Made by a program: the position numbers and the translations under genes. The notes under the pieces were generated by a model. That model was given only the letters and a program-made list of their open reading frames with translations, was not told the DNA's origin and searched no databases. From IMG/VR virus record IMGVR_UViG_2930745263_000001: 22,227 nt of DNA, one strand, 5' to 3'. Positions 1 to 7,714 of this stretch are shown here, in pieces. This DNA is from an uncultured virus (IMG/VR IMGVR_UViG_2930745263_000001). Taxonomy: Duplodnaviria; Heunggongvirae; Uroviricota; Caudoviricetes. Positions within the stretch are counted from its first letter, which is position 1. Each line of letters opens with the position of its first letter.

Positions 1-56
1 TGGTCGGGCGGCAGGGTGCGGTAGACCGCTACCTGCTGCTCAAGGGCTGTGGTCAC
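1..56 (-). CDS. N-terminus of a gene running off the left edge (MTTALEQQVAVYRTLPPD...), by position possibly terminase large subunit
   Basis: GTG at 56-54 overlaps the TGA of the preceding ORF (GTGA at 53-56) and the frame is open to the edge. Product is inferred only from synteny with the terminase-small-like gene. Confidence 0.45.
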   Translation of the reverse strand, partial: MTTALEQQVAVYRTLPPD

Positions 57-325
57 CCGGATGCCGCTTCCCGGATGAGCCACTGCTCGTAGTAGGCAAG
101 GGCGAACTGGTCCGCGGTGCCGCCTGGCACGCTTCCACCGAGCAGGATGCCAAGGGCGCCGCGTAGTCCGATGACCTCGCCACGCACGTGCTCGGCCACG
201 GAGGTGGATGGTCCGGAATCGTCTCGGCCGACAGCAGCGAACGCATTGGTGGCAACCAGATCGTAGAGACGAGTAGTGCGGCGGTGGAGTTCCTTCGCGA
301 TGGCGTCGGCCTGCTCGGTACTCAC
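53..325 (-). CDS. Hypothetical phage protein (90 aa, MSTEQADAIAKELHRR...)
   Basis: GTGA overlaps at both ends (322-325 and 53-56). It is the protein-like C-terminal part of track ORF 53..976. Confidence 0.7.
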   Translation of the reverse strand: MSTEQADAIAKELHRRTTRLYDLVATNAFAAVGRDDSGPSTSVAEHVRGEVIGLRGALGILLGGSVPGGTADQFALAYYEQWLIREAASG

Positions 326-957
326 TCCGTGTCCTCGTCTTCGTCGTCGGCTGGGGTGGACGTGGCGGTGTTGGACGGGGCGTCGCTGTCGAGCCGGCTG
401 GTGGCGGCGATGATCGCGGCGAGCTTGTCGGGGTCTGCCGTCGATACGGCGAGCGGGCCTCCTTCGGCGCCGGTGACCTCGGCTTTGACGGGCATGTCGA
501 GCCCGTTGAGCTTGGCCCGGCGTTCGCCGTTTCGCCGCCGAGCTTCGTCGATCTTGACGAGGCGGTCGATGGCTTGGAGAACGGGGGCGTCGTCTTCCAT
601 GGGCTCGTTGGTATCGGGGTGGAGGATGACGCGGCCGTTGTTGACGAGGATGTGCCGGTTCGTGAGGACGTTGCGGGCAGCAGCTTCGAGACTTACGAGG
701 CGTTCCAGTTCGGCGTCGAGGCGTTCGTTTTCCTGCTGCCGGTACACGGACGCTTCGGCTTTCTCGGCGTCGCGGGCTTCTTCGAGGGCGCGGATGAGGT
801 CTTTGGAGGCGCCTTGGACGCTGGAGTAGCCGAGGCAGGTGGGGGATTCGGGGCCGGTGATGCGGGGGTCGTCGTAGCGGACGCCTTCGCGGCGGTAGGC
901 GATGAGCTTGGCGCGCCGGTTGCTGATGGCGGCTTGCGCGGCTTTGGAGGTTGGCAT
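322..957 (-). CDS. Phage terminase small subunit-like protein
   Basis: N-terminal RRAKLIAYRREG...LGYSS HTH-like segment, helical ENERLDAELERL, and C-terminal AIDRLVKIDE...ERRAKLNGLDMPVKAEVTGAEGGPL, typical of actinophage small terminases. RBS GGGAG upstream. Confidence 0.7.
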   Translation of the reverse strand: MPTSKAAQAAISNRRAKLIAYRREGVRYDDPRITGPESPTCLGYSSVQGASKDLIRALEEARDAEKAEASVYRQQENERLDAELERLVSLEAAARNVLTNRHILVNNGRVILHPDTNEPMEDDAPVLQAIDRLVKIDEARRRNGERRAKLNGLDMPVKAEVTGAEGGPLAVSTADPDKLAAIIAATSRLDSDAPSNTATSTPADDEDEDTE

Positions 958-1077
958 GGCGGTGGGGCTCCCGCATGTGTCGTTGTTGTTCTGGTCAGGC
1001 CCCGCGCCTGTTACTGATGATCCCCGATGTGCGGCTTTTCCTTCCCCCTGCCTGGTGCGGGTGGGATCCTGCGCCCC

Positions 1078-1788
1078 ATGAGAGCGATGCGTGGGGCGGG
1101 GTGTGCGGTGTCTGGTCTGGCCGCTGTGGTGCTGGTGTCGGGGTGCGGTGGCGGTGAGGGCGGGGATGCGGGGGCGAAGGCGTCCTCAAGCCCGACGGTG
1201 TCTGTGTCGCCGACTCCGGATCCTGTGCCGACGGTGGAGGAGCCGGTGTATCCGGCCGGCCCGGAGGGTGACATCGACCGGTTGGCGGATGAGAAGGGCT
1301 GGGCTGTCGATGAGTTGTACTCGTCGGCGTCGGAGTTCGTGGCGGACATCTGCGAGTCGTTGCCGGAGAGTGCGGTGGAGGGGGCGTCGCGGCCGCAGTG
1401 GTTGGCGGAGTCGGGGAATCTCGACGGGGCGGGGGCGGACATTCTGAAGGTCGGTGTTCCGAAGCTGTGCCCGAAGTGGACGAAGACTTTGAACCAGGCG
1501 GTGTCCGGGGACTATGAGCGCTGGTTCGGGAACGGGACGTATGTGGTGTCGTCGAAGCCGCCGACTGACGAGCAGTTGGCGGAGGACGAGGACACGGTGA
1601 CGATCCCGCCGGGTACGTACCGGGCGAAGGGCAGCATGGAGGACTGTTACTGGGAGCGGACGTCGGAGTCGGGGGAGATCATCGACAACAATTTCGCGAC
1701 GTCGGCCAGGGTGATCACGGTGACGATCGCGGCGTCGGACGGTCAGTTCACGTCGGAGGGCTGCGAGGTGTGGAAGCCGGCGGGGTAG
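1078..1788 (+). CDS. Secreted lipoprotein
   Basis: Basic N-terminus, hydrophobic stretch and lipobox LVSG|C, Ser/Pro/Thr linker, C-terminal PGTYR..CYWER..GEIIDN..F.SEGC domain common in actinobacterial lipoproteins. Start could be 1078 or 1087. Confidence 0.8.
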   Translation: MRAMRGAGCAVSGLAAVVLVSGCGGGEGGDAGAKASSSPTVSVSPTPDPVPTVEEPVYPAGPEGDIDRLADEKGWAVDELYSSASEFVADICESLPESAVEGASRPQWLAESGNLDGAGADILKVGVPKLCPKWTKTLNQAVSGDYERWFGNGTYVVSSKPPTDEQLAEDEDTVTIPPGTYRAKGSMEDCYWERTSESGEIIDNNFATSARVITVTIAASDGQFTSEGCEVWKPAG

Positions 1789-1804
1789 CAGGTGCTGACA
1801 TGCG

Positions 1805-1841
1805 GAAGGCCCCGGCCGGGGGGATTGCGGTCGGGGCCTTC
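1805..1841. terminator. Stem-loop between convergent genes (probable bidirectional terminator)
   Basis: GAAGGCCCCGGCCG...CGGTCGGGGCCTTC inverted repeat 16 bp after the lipoprotein stop. Confidence 0.65.
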
Positions 1842-1996
1842 GTGTGTCCCGCGGTGGGGCGGGAGTCTGTGGCACGGCCCGGTTGGCGGGCTCCTGGGCG
1901 CGGGGACGTCGAGGAAGTCCAGACCGTCCGGGCCGTGCGGTTCTAGCGTGGCGCACGATCGAGGGTTTGTCCGGGCTGCCCTTCCCCCGGGTTCTC

Positions 1997-2326
1997 TCAG
2001 GGTGTTCGGGCGAGCCGGTCAGTGAATCGTGTGCTGCGTCGGCTCCACTGGCCTGCGCCGTAGTTGACCGGGACGTTGAGGAAGTCGCGGGCGCTCAGGG
2101 TTCGTCCGATGCCGGTTTCGAGGCAGCCGATGCACAGGTACCCGCGGTGGCAGGTGCCGGCCTGGGCCCAGATGTCGTCGTGGACCATGTACCACTCGCC
2201 GATCCGTCGTACGTCGACACGGCAGTCCCGGCAGCGCTGCACTGTGGCGAGGACGAGTTTCAGGCGGCCGGTGATGGACCGCCGCGCCCACTGCGGGAGG
2301 GCGAGTGTGCTGGTCACGGTGGTCAT
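1997..2326 (-). CDS. Phage-type putative Zn-binding protein (CxxC...WYMVHDDIW...LCIGCLE)
   Basis: Two CxxC pairs; ATGA overlap with upstream ORF at 2323-2326; RBS AAAGG. Confidence 0.75.
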   Translation of the reverse strand: MTTVTSTLALPQWARRSITGRLKLVLATVQRCRDCRVDVRRIGEWYMVHDDIWAQAGTCHRGYLCIGCLETGIGRTLSARDFLNVPVNYGAGQWSRRSTRFTDRLARTP

Positions 2327-2496
2327 CGGGCACCTTTGCTGGGGTTGGGTCCCTTTGGTCCCTGCCGGTCGTGGGCTGCCTCGGCGCGGAGGTGGTGGCG
2401 TAGGGGGCTGTGGTGGTCGGGGACGGTGGGGTCGAGGATGGCGATGAGGAGCCGCCCGTCGGGGAGACGGGCGGCCACCGTGTTGGTGCTGGTCAT
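2323..2496 (-). CDS. Small hypothetical protein (57 aa, MTSTNTVAARLPDGRLLIAILDP...)
   Basis: Not in the ORF track (<60 aa). ATGA overlaps at both ends fill the gap exactly. Confidence 0.6.
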   Translation of the reverse strand: MTSTNTVAARLPDGRLLIAILDPTVPDHHSPLRHHLRAEAAHDRQGPKGPNPSKGAR

Positions 2497-3011
2497 CGGG
2501 GCAGTTCGTTCCGGGTGCTGGCGATGATGCCGCGGGTGTTGGCGTGGATGCTGCGCTGGTCGACGGCGCCGTTGTAGGTGTTGTGGACGGAGGCCGGCGC
2601 GGCGCCGACGACTTCCTTGGCGCTCTTCACGAGGCTCTTCAGGGCGAGAACGGGAAGGGCGAGAGCGGCAGGGATGCCCACGACGCAGCCACAGACCCAG
2701 GCGATGACCTCAGGGTTGGCGTGGCCGGAGCCCCAGAGGACGGCGGTAGTGGATGCGCCGAGGGCGCCGACGAGGACACTGCTGGTGAGGATGGTGGTGT
2801 TGAGGTCGACGGCGCGCTGGGACATGGGTGGCCGTCCGGGCTGGGGTACGGGTGGGGTATCGCCGATGGCGGGGAGCTTGCTGTCGTCGCGGTGGAAGGT
2901 CGGGGTACGGAAGGCGTCTTCCAAGTCGGCGAGGAAGAGGGTGGCCTGGGCGTTGATGGCGGGCTGCCCGGCCTTGCGGGTGGGCTGCTGGGGGTCGGGC
3001 AGGCGGTTCAC
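2493..3011 (-). CDS. Two-TM membrane protein, probable Spd (plasmid spread)-type accessory
   Basis: Pro-rich N-terminus and two hydrophobic segments; directly downstream of the TraB-like gene; RBS AGGAGA. Confidence 0.7.
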   Translation of the reverse strand: MNRLPDPQQPTRKAGQPAINAQATLFLADLEDAFRTPTFHRDDSKLPAIGDTPPVPQPGRPPMSQRAVDLNTTILTSSVLVGALGASTTAVLWGSGHANPEVIAWVCGCVVGIPAALALPVLALKSLVKSAKEVVGAAPASVHNTYNGAVDQRSIHANTRGIIASTRNELPR

Positions 3012-3045
3012 GGGCGGGTGTCTCCTGATTCGTGGTTGAAAGCTG

Positions 3046-3074
3046 GCGCCGTCCGCCGTGGTGGCGGACGGCGC
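3046..3074. terminator. Perfect 12-bp stem-loop downstream of the traB-like gene
   Basis: GCGCCGTCCGCC-gtggt-GGCGGACGGCGC. Confidence 0.55.
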
Positions 3075-3083
3075 GGGGCAGGT

Positions 3084-5555
3084 TCAGTTGTCGGGCTGGC
3101 GGAGGACGGGGTGGGAGCCGTCCTCCTGTGCGGCGCCGATGACGCCTTCGGCTTCGAGAGCGCCGAGGAGCGCCTGGGTGAGGTCCCATCCGATGCGGAG
3201 GTTGCGCTGCAGGAACTGGGCGGAGGCCCGCTGCTTGGCGACGACGAGTTCGATCGCGGTCGGCAGGAGTTCGGACAGGGTGGAGTCCTCTGTCTTGTTC
3301 TGCTCGTCCGCGGTGTCGGGCTGGGGTCCGTGGCCGTAGATGCCTTTGGCTTTGCGGTGGAGGCGCCCGGCGGTGACGTCTTTGCTGAGCCAGTTCGTGA
3401 CGACGGTGCGGTCCCAGCCTTCGGGGCCGAACTCCTGGGTGAGGGCGGGCCACAGCTCGCGGGTGTCGAGCCCGTCAAGGCCGGCGGCACGGATGAGGTT
3501 GCGGGCGAAGGTAAGGCGGGGGTCGGTGCGGTCTTCGGGCTGGGTTCGCTTGTAGGAGAGATTGAGGCCGCTGGTGCCGGGCTCGTCGGTGGTGCCGTAC
3601 TCCTGGTCGATCTGTTCCATGAGGCGGGCGGCGAGCTGGTCGGGGTCTTCGTCGGGGAGGGGCTGCTGGCGGCGCTTGTAGGAGAGGTTGAGGCCGCCGC
3701 CGGGTTCCTGTGGGGGGCGGGCGGTGCGGGGCGCCTGCGGCTGCTGGACGGTGGTCTGGGCGGGGAGGGTGGGTGCGGCGCCGGGCTCGGGGTCGGTGTA
3801 TTCGGGGGCTCCCCAGAGCCATCCGGCGCGCTCGGGGGTCCATCGCTGGGCGTAGATGTCGCCGCCCGCGGCAGCGGATACCTGGTCGAGGTGGGGGCGG
3901 ATGTCGTTCGTGGCGAGGACGACGTCGCGGACCATGTTGGGGCTGGTGCGCCACGTCTTGAACGGGGTGGGGGCGAAGCCGTCGGCTCCGGCCTGACCGA
4001 TGACGCCGGCCCCCTTCTCGTTGAGCTGGCTGGCGTCGACCTTGACGCTCGAGAACAGCTTGCTGATGTTGCTGGTGACGGACTCGCCGGAGGTAAGGGC
4101 TGCACCGACCGGGGCGAACTTGCGAACCTCGGTGCTGCCGATCGCGGACACGTTGCCGTCGATCGCGGTGAGGACAAGCCGTTCGGCCATGGCGCGGGTG
4201 GTGCGCATGGTCTTCTTGACGGCCTCTTGGAGTTCCTTCATGACGGGGTCGCCGAAGGAGCGTGCGGACAGAAGCTCGGCGCCCTCATCGATGACGACTT
4301 CGATCTGCGGGATGGTGCGGGAGACGGGCAGGAGGGTGGTGTTCGCCGCGTCCATAAGGTCCTGGTAGTGGTGCTGGCGGGCGGCGTTGATCGCGAGGAC
4401 GACGCGCATCATGAGGAGCGCTTCGGCGGGGGTGGAGGCGATCCAGTCGACACCGGGGCGGGTCCCTTCGGGGGCGCGGTCCATGCCTGCGGTCGGCTTC
4501 ACGTGGCCCGCCGATTCGAGCCATGGGCGGGCCCAGGGGCGGCCGACGGCTCCGGCCTTGAGGTCGATGACCCAGGTGACGACGTCTACGCAGCGGGCGA
4601 ACCCGGCGATGATCCCGTCGAGGAATGTGGACTTGCCGGATCCGGGCGGGCCGAGGACGAGGGCGCACGCTTCGCGGAGGTAGACGGTGACGGGCTGGGA
4701 GTTGGGCTGGGAGCCCCACGGGATGCCGGTGAGGATGGACAGGGGGGTGTAGTCGGTGGGGTAGTCGACGATGTCGCCCATGATGTTGACGGTGGTGACG
4801 TCGATGACGACGCGGCCCTGGATGTCGCCTTCTTCGACGTGGACGGTGCAGCCGCGGGGCAGTCGGGCGTCGGCGGCCAGGGCGCGGTGCTTGTCGCGGA
4901 TGGTGGTCCAGACGGCGGCGCCGGGGAGTTCTCCGGCGATGGAGTATCCGGCCCCGTTCTTCCACTGCTCGACGGCGAAGACTTTCACGTCGAGGCGGGT
5001 GACGCGCAGGAGTCGGTCGTGCCATTCGTTGGCGATGGCGCGGCGACCGGCGTCGAGTTCTTGGGCGAGCTGGCGGGCTTCGGCGGTGAGGCGTTCGTCT
5101 TCGGCGACTTCTTCGTGCATGGCTGCGTTGGAGGCCATGGCGCCGATGCCGACTCCGATGCCGGTGAGGGTCCCTGCGGCGACCCAGGTGAGGGGGCCGG
5201 TGGTCATGGCCCAGGTGGTCCAGCCGCCGGCGAGGAGCCAGGAGGCGGCACGGGTGACGCCGGTGCGGGCGGTGAGGCGGCGGAAGACACTGTGGCCGAT
5301 GCCGTGGCCGAGGGCTCCTGCTGTTCCGATGAGGAGGGGCAGGGTGTCGGGCATGCCGGTGGCGGTGCCGAGGAGGGCGGTGGCGTAGGCGCCGGTTGTG
5401 GCGGATACGGCGCCGGTGATGGGTCCGTGGGAGGCGGCCCAGTCGAGCGGGGGGAGCCGGGACTGGTTCTTGGTGGTCTTTCTCGGGGTGGGGGTTTTCG
5501 TGGTGTCGGCGGGCGGGGGTGTGTTGGTGAGGTAGAGGCGCTGGGGCTCGGTCAT
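3084..5555 (-). CDS. traB: TraB-type FtsK/SpoIIIE conjugative dsDNA translocase
   Basis: N-terminal TM segments, Walker A GPPGSGKS, WVIDLK, Walker B VVIDEGAELL, C-terminal wHTH plus FtsK-gamma-like domain (SAQFLQRNLRIGW...LEAEGVIG); RBS AAGGAC. Confidence 0.88.
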   Translation of the reverse strand: MTEPQRLYLTNTPPPADTTKTPTPRKTTKNQSRLPPLDWAASHGPITGAVSATTGAYATALLGTATGMPDTLPLLIGTAGALGHGIGHSVFRRLTARTGVTRAASWLLAGGWTTWAMTTGPLTWVAAGTLTGIGVGIGAMASNAAMHEEVAEDERLTAEARQLAQELDAGRRAIANEWHDRLLRVTRLDVKVFAVEQWKNGAGYSIAGELPGAAVWTTIRDKHRALAADARLPRGCTVHVEEGDIQGRVVIDVTTVNIMGDIVDYPTDYTPLSILTGIPWGSQPNSQPVTVYLREACALVLGPPGSGKSTFLDGIIAGFARCVDVVTWVIDLKAGAVGRPWARPWLESAGHVKPTAGMDRAPEGTRPGVDWIASTPAEALLMMRVVLAINAARQHHYQDLMDAANTTLLPVSRTIPQIEVVIDEGAELLSARSFGDPVMKELQEAVKKTMRTTRAMAERLVLTAIDGNVSAIGSTEVRKFAPVGAALTSGESVTSNISKLFSSVKVDASQLNEKGAGVIGQAGADGFAPTPFKTWRTSPNMVRDVVLATNDIRPHLDQVSAAAGGDIYAQRWTPERAGWLWGAPEYTDPEPGAAPTLPAQTTVQQPQAPRTARPPQEPGGGLNLSYKRRQQPLPDEDPDQLAARLMEQIDQEYGTTDEPGTSGLNLSYKRTQPEDRTDPRLTFARNLIRAAGLDGLDTRELWPALTQEFGPEGWDRTVVTNWLSKDVTAGRLHRKAKGIYGHGPQPDTADEQNKTEDSTLSELLPTAIELVVAKQRASAQFLQRNLRIGWDLTQALLGALEAEGVIGAAQEDGSHPVLRQPDN

Positions 5556-5606
5556 GGCTGCGGGTCCTTGGGTGGAAGAGGGGGTGGGCGGGGTGGTGGG
5601 GCGGGG

Positions 5607-7328
5607 TCAGAGGAGGTCTTCGTTCGATCCGACGTCCCAGGCCTTCTCCGCTTCGAGGCTCTTGCGGGGCGACTGGAGGCGCTCGAGGTCCTGTTCGTGC
5701 TTGGTCTCGAACACCTTCTGGACGTCCTCGGCGGCGGTGGCGGCTTTCTGGAGGAGCTCGAAGACTTCGCTGAGCGCTTCACCGACCTCCGCTTCGAGGG
5801 GGAAGCTCTCGTCGCTCTTCTCGGCAAGGATCTTGAAGGTGTTCGCCCAGGACTGGATGCCGGCGGGCATGCCCTGGATGGTCTGGTAGACGTGGATCAT
5901 TCCGCCGGGCTCGTATGCGGCGGCGGCGGCTTCCATGTCGGCTGCGGACTCGTCGAAGTGGAAGCGGAGCTCGGCGGTCATGAAGGGTTCTCCCAGGGTT
6001 GCGGGGTGCGTGTTCTGTCGGGGTCCGCGGGGGACGCCGTCGGCGATGGTCGGGTCGGTTTCGAGAGAGGCGGGGTCGGTGGTGTGGGCGTGGGTGTTCT
6101 TCGCGTCGGCGACGCGGGCGAGGTGGTTGTGCTTGGCGTTGGCGGTCAGGCGCCGGTACATGCGGCGGCCGGGGTGCATGAGCCAGGACCAGCCGAGTTT
6201 CCGGCCGAGGGGGGTGGTGACGGCTCCAAGGAGGGCGGCCGGGGCGGACAGGATGGCGGCACCGGCGGCCTTGGTGGCATAGCGGGCCTTGGACGAGGCG
6301 ACCTTGCGGGTCAGGTTGGCGCGGGCGGCGGCGTTACGGCGGGCCTGGCGGATGCGCTGGGCCCGGGTCAGGGTCCGCTGGTCCTTGTGGTCGCGGGCCT
6401 TGGTGCGGGCCGTGTCGGCTTTCGTGGGGGCGGTCTTGGGCAGGGTGGTGTGGGCGCCGCCCTTGTTGTGCTTCGCGGCGGCCGTCGTGTTCTTGCGGGC
6501 GGCCTTGTCCTGCTTGTTGAGGTTCCTCAGGGCTTTCTTTTCGCCGCGGCGCCCGTCCTTGAGTGCCCGACGCTGCTTCGTGTTCTGCTCCCGCTGCTCC
6601 TTACGGGTCTTACCCTCGGTCTTCTTTGCGTTGCGGAGGGCTTTGATCTGCCCGACGCGGCTCTTCGGGGTGGTGGAGGTGCCCTTACCGGCGGGGCTCT
6701 TGGCGGGGGTCTTGCCGGTGGGCGGCTTGTGGAGGCTGGTGGGCTTCGGAGTGTTGGGCGCCTTCGTCAGTGAGGGGCTGGCCGTCTTCTTCCCTGCCGC
6801 GGCCGCACCCTTCCCGCCGGGCGTCTTCCCGGCGAAGGTGCCCGGGGTGCGTCCTGTGGTGCCGCGGCCGCCGAGAGGGCGGGTGCCGGATGCGTTGCGG
6901 GTTCCCCCTGACCTGTTGCTGCTGGTGCGGGTGCTGCCGGCGGCGGGCGTACGGGTCGGAGTGTTCTGCCGGGTCGGTGCCTTCTTCTGCTGTGCGGGCT
7001 TGACCGGGGTGCGGCGGGCCGTCTTCTGCGCCTTGCGGCGGGTGCTTGCCGCAGCGGCGGCCGCGGTGACGATCCCTGCGGCGGCGACCCCGGCGGCGGC
7101 CAGCGGGCCGCCGACCACGGCGGCGGCGGACAGGCCGGCGGCTGCGGTGTTGCTGGTGATGACGAGGAGGGGGATGGCGGGGAGTCCGCCGTCGGTGTGC
7201 TGGACGGCGGCCGGGGCGGGCTTCGGGGTGGGGGCCGGCTCCGCGGACTGTGGGGCATCGAAGGCCTGCGGGTCGGGGGTGGGGTCGGTGTCGGTGGGCT
7301 GGAGGGTGAAGCTGGTGTCGATGCTCAC
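5607..7328 (-). CDS. Basic K/R/T/A-rich membrane-anchored protein with acidic helical C-terminal domain; TraA-like accessory transfer protein
   Basis: Hydrophobic segment at aa ~50-95, long basic low-complexity region, second hydrophobic segment, acidic C-terminal ~125 aa; lies immediately upstream of traB; RBS AAGGAC. The TraA label is positional. Confidence 0.7.
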   Translation of the reverse strand: MSIDTSFTLQPTDTDPTPDPQAFDAPQSAEPAPTPKPAPAAVQHTDGGLPAIPLLVITSNTAAAGLSAAAVVGGPLAAAGVAAAGIVTAAAAAASTRRKAQKTARRTPVKPAQQKKAPTRQNTPTRTPAAGSTRTSSNRSGGTRNASGTRPLGGRGTTGRTPGTFAGKTPGGKGAAAAGKKTASPSLTKAPNTPKPTSLHKPPTGKTPAKSPAGKGTSTTPKSRVGQIKALRNAKKTEGKTRKEQREQNTKQRRALKDGRRGEKKALRNLNKQDKAARKNTTAAAKHNKGGAHTTLPKTAPTKADTARTKARDHKDQRTLTRAQRIRQARRNAAARANLTRKVASSKARYATKAAGAAILSAPAALLGAVTTPLGRKLGWSWLMHPGRRMYRRLTANAKHNHLARVADAKNTHAHTTDPASLETDPTIADGVPRGPRQNTHPATLGEPFMTAELRFHFDESAADMEAAAAAYEPGGMIHVYQTIQGMPAGIQSWANTFKILAEKSDESFPLEAEVGEALSEVFELLQKAATAAEDVQKVFETKHEQDLERLQSPRKSLEAEKAWDVGSNEDLL

Positions 7329-7376
7329 GGGGGGTCCTTGGTTGTCTGCCGGGGTGTCACTCTCGGTGGTTTCGCT

Positions 7377-7523
7377 TGTTGTTGGCCCTGTTGTTGGCGC
7401 CTTGTTGTTCGGGGTGTTGTTGCCTTGTTGTTGGCGTTGTTTCCCCTGTTCAGAGGGGGTACAGGGCCCCTCCGGCCGAGCGATCGACCGTTCTCACCGT
7501 GGGCAACAACACCGCCAACAACA
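7377..7523. repeat. Cluster of TGTTGTT(G) repeats: five direct plus two inverted copies; candidate clt (cis-acting locus of transfer)
   Basis: TGTTGTT at 7377, 7389, 7403, 7415, 7426, a degenerate copy at ~7435, and inverted CAACAACA at 7504 and 7516, all within the intergenic gap 7329-7534. Confidence 0.75.
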
Positions 7524-7534
7524 GGCACACACCG

Positions 7535-7714
7535 TCACGGAACGGGGTGGCGGGGGCGCAGCCCTTCGATGTGACGGAGGGCCGCGGCGAGCTCCTCCTG
7601 AACCTGCTGCATGTCGAGGTCCAGGGGCGTCTCAGCAGCGCCCGGGAGGGCGTCGACTCCGCGGGTGCGGATGTCGGGGCTGGTGAACTGCGACGGGGCC
7701 AGAGTGGGGTTCAT
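7535..7714 (-). CDS. Small hypothetical protein (59 aa, MNPTLAPSQFTSPD...QEELAAALRHIEGLRP)
   Basis: TGATG overlap with the upstream gene stop; GC3-rich codons; not in the track (<60 aa). Confidence 0.6.
   Translation of the reverse strand: MNPTLAPSQFTSPDIRTRGVDALPGAAETPLDLDMQQVQEELAAALRHIEGLRPRHPVP

Noticed and set aside
1997..2326. HNH endonuclease near terminase
   Set aside because: Has two CxxC pairs but no recognisable H-N-H catalytic pattern
3084..5555. Chromosomal cell-division FtsK or type VII secretion EccC
   Set aside because: Single ATPase domain, plasmid-like neighbours (GntR, Spd-like), no WXG100 or cell-division context
2544..6773. 1409-aa + strand ORF (also 7753..10035, 6289..7686 and similar long track ORFs)
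   Set aside because: Antisense shadows of high-GC minus-strand genes; G/V/A-rich translation with no motifs, while the opposite strand has RBSs, coupling and recognisable domains
7377..7523. Possible CRISPR array
   Set aside because: Repeat units are 7-8 bp with 4-7 bp spacers, far too short; no cas genes
7325..7528. 67-aa N/Q-rich ORF over the repeat cluster
   Set aside because: Its composition is a by-product of the CAACAACA repeats; no RBS. Not fully excluded because its stop overlaps the next start.
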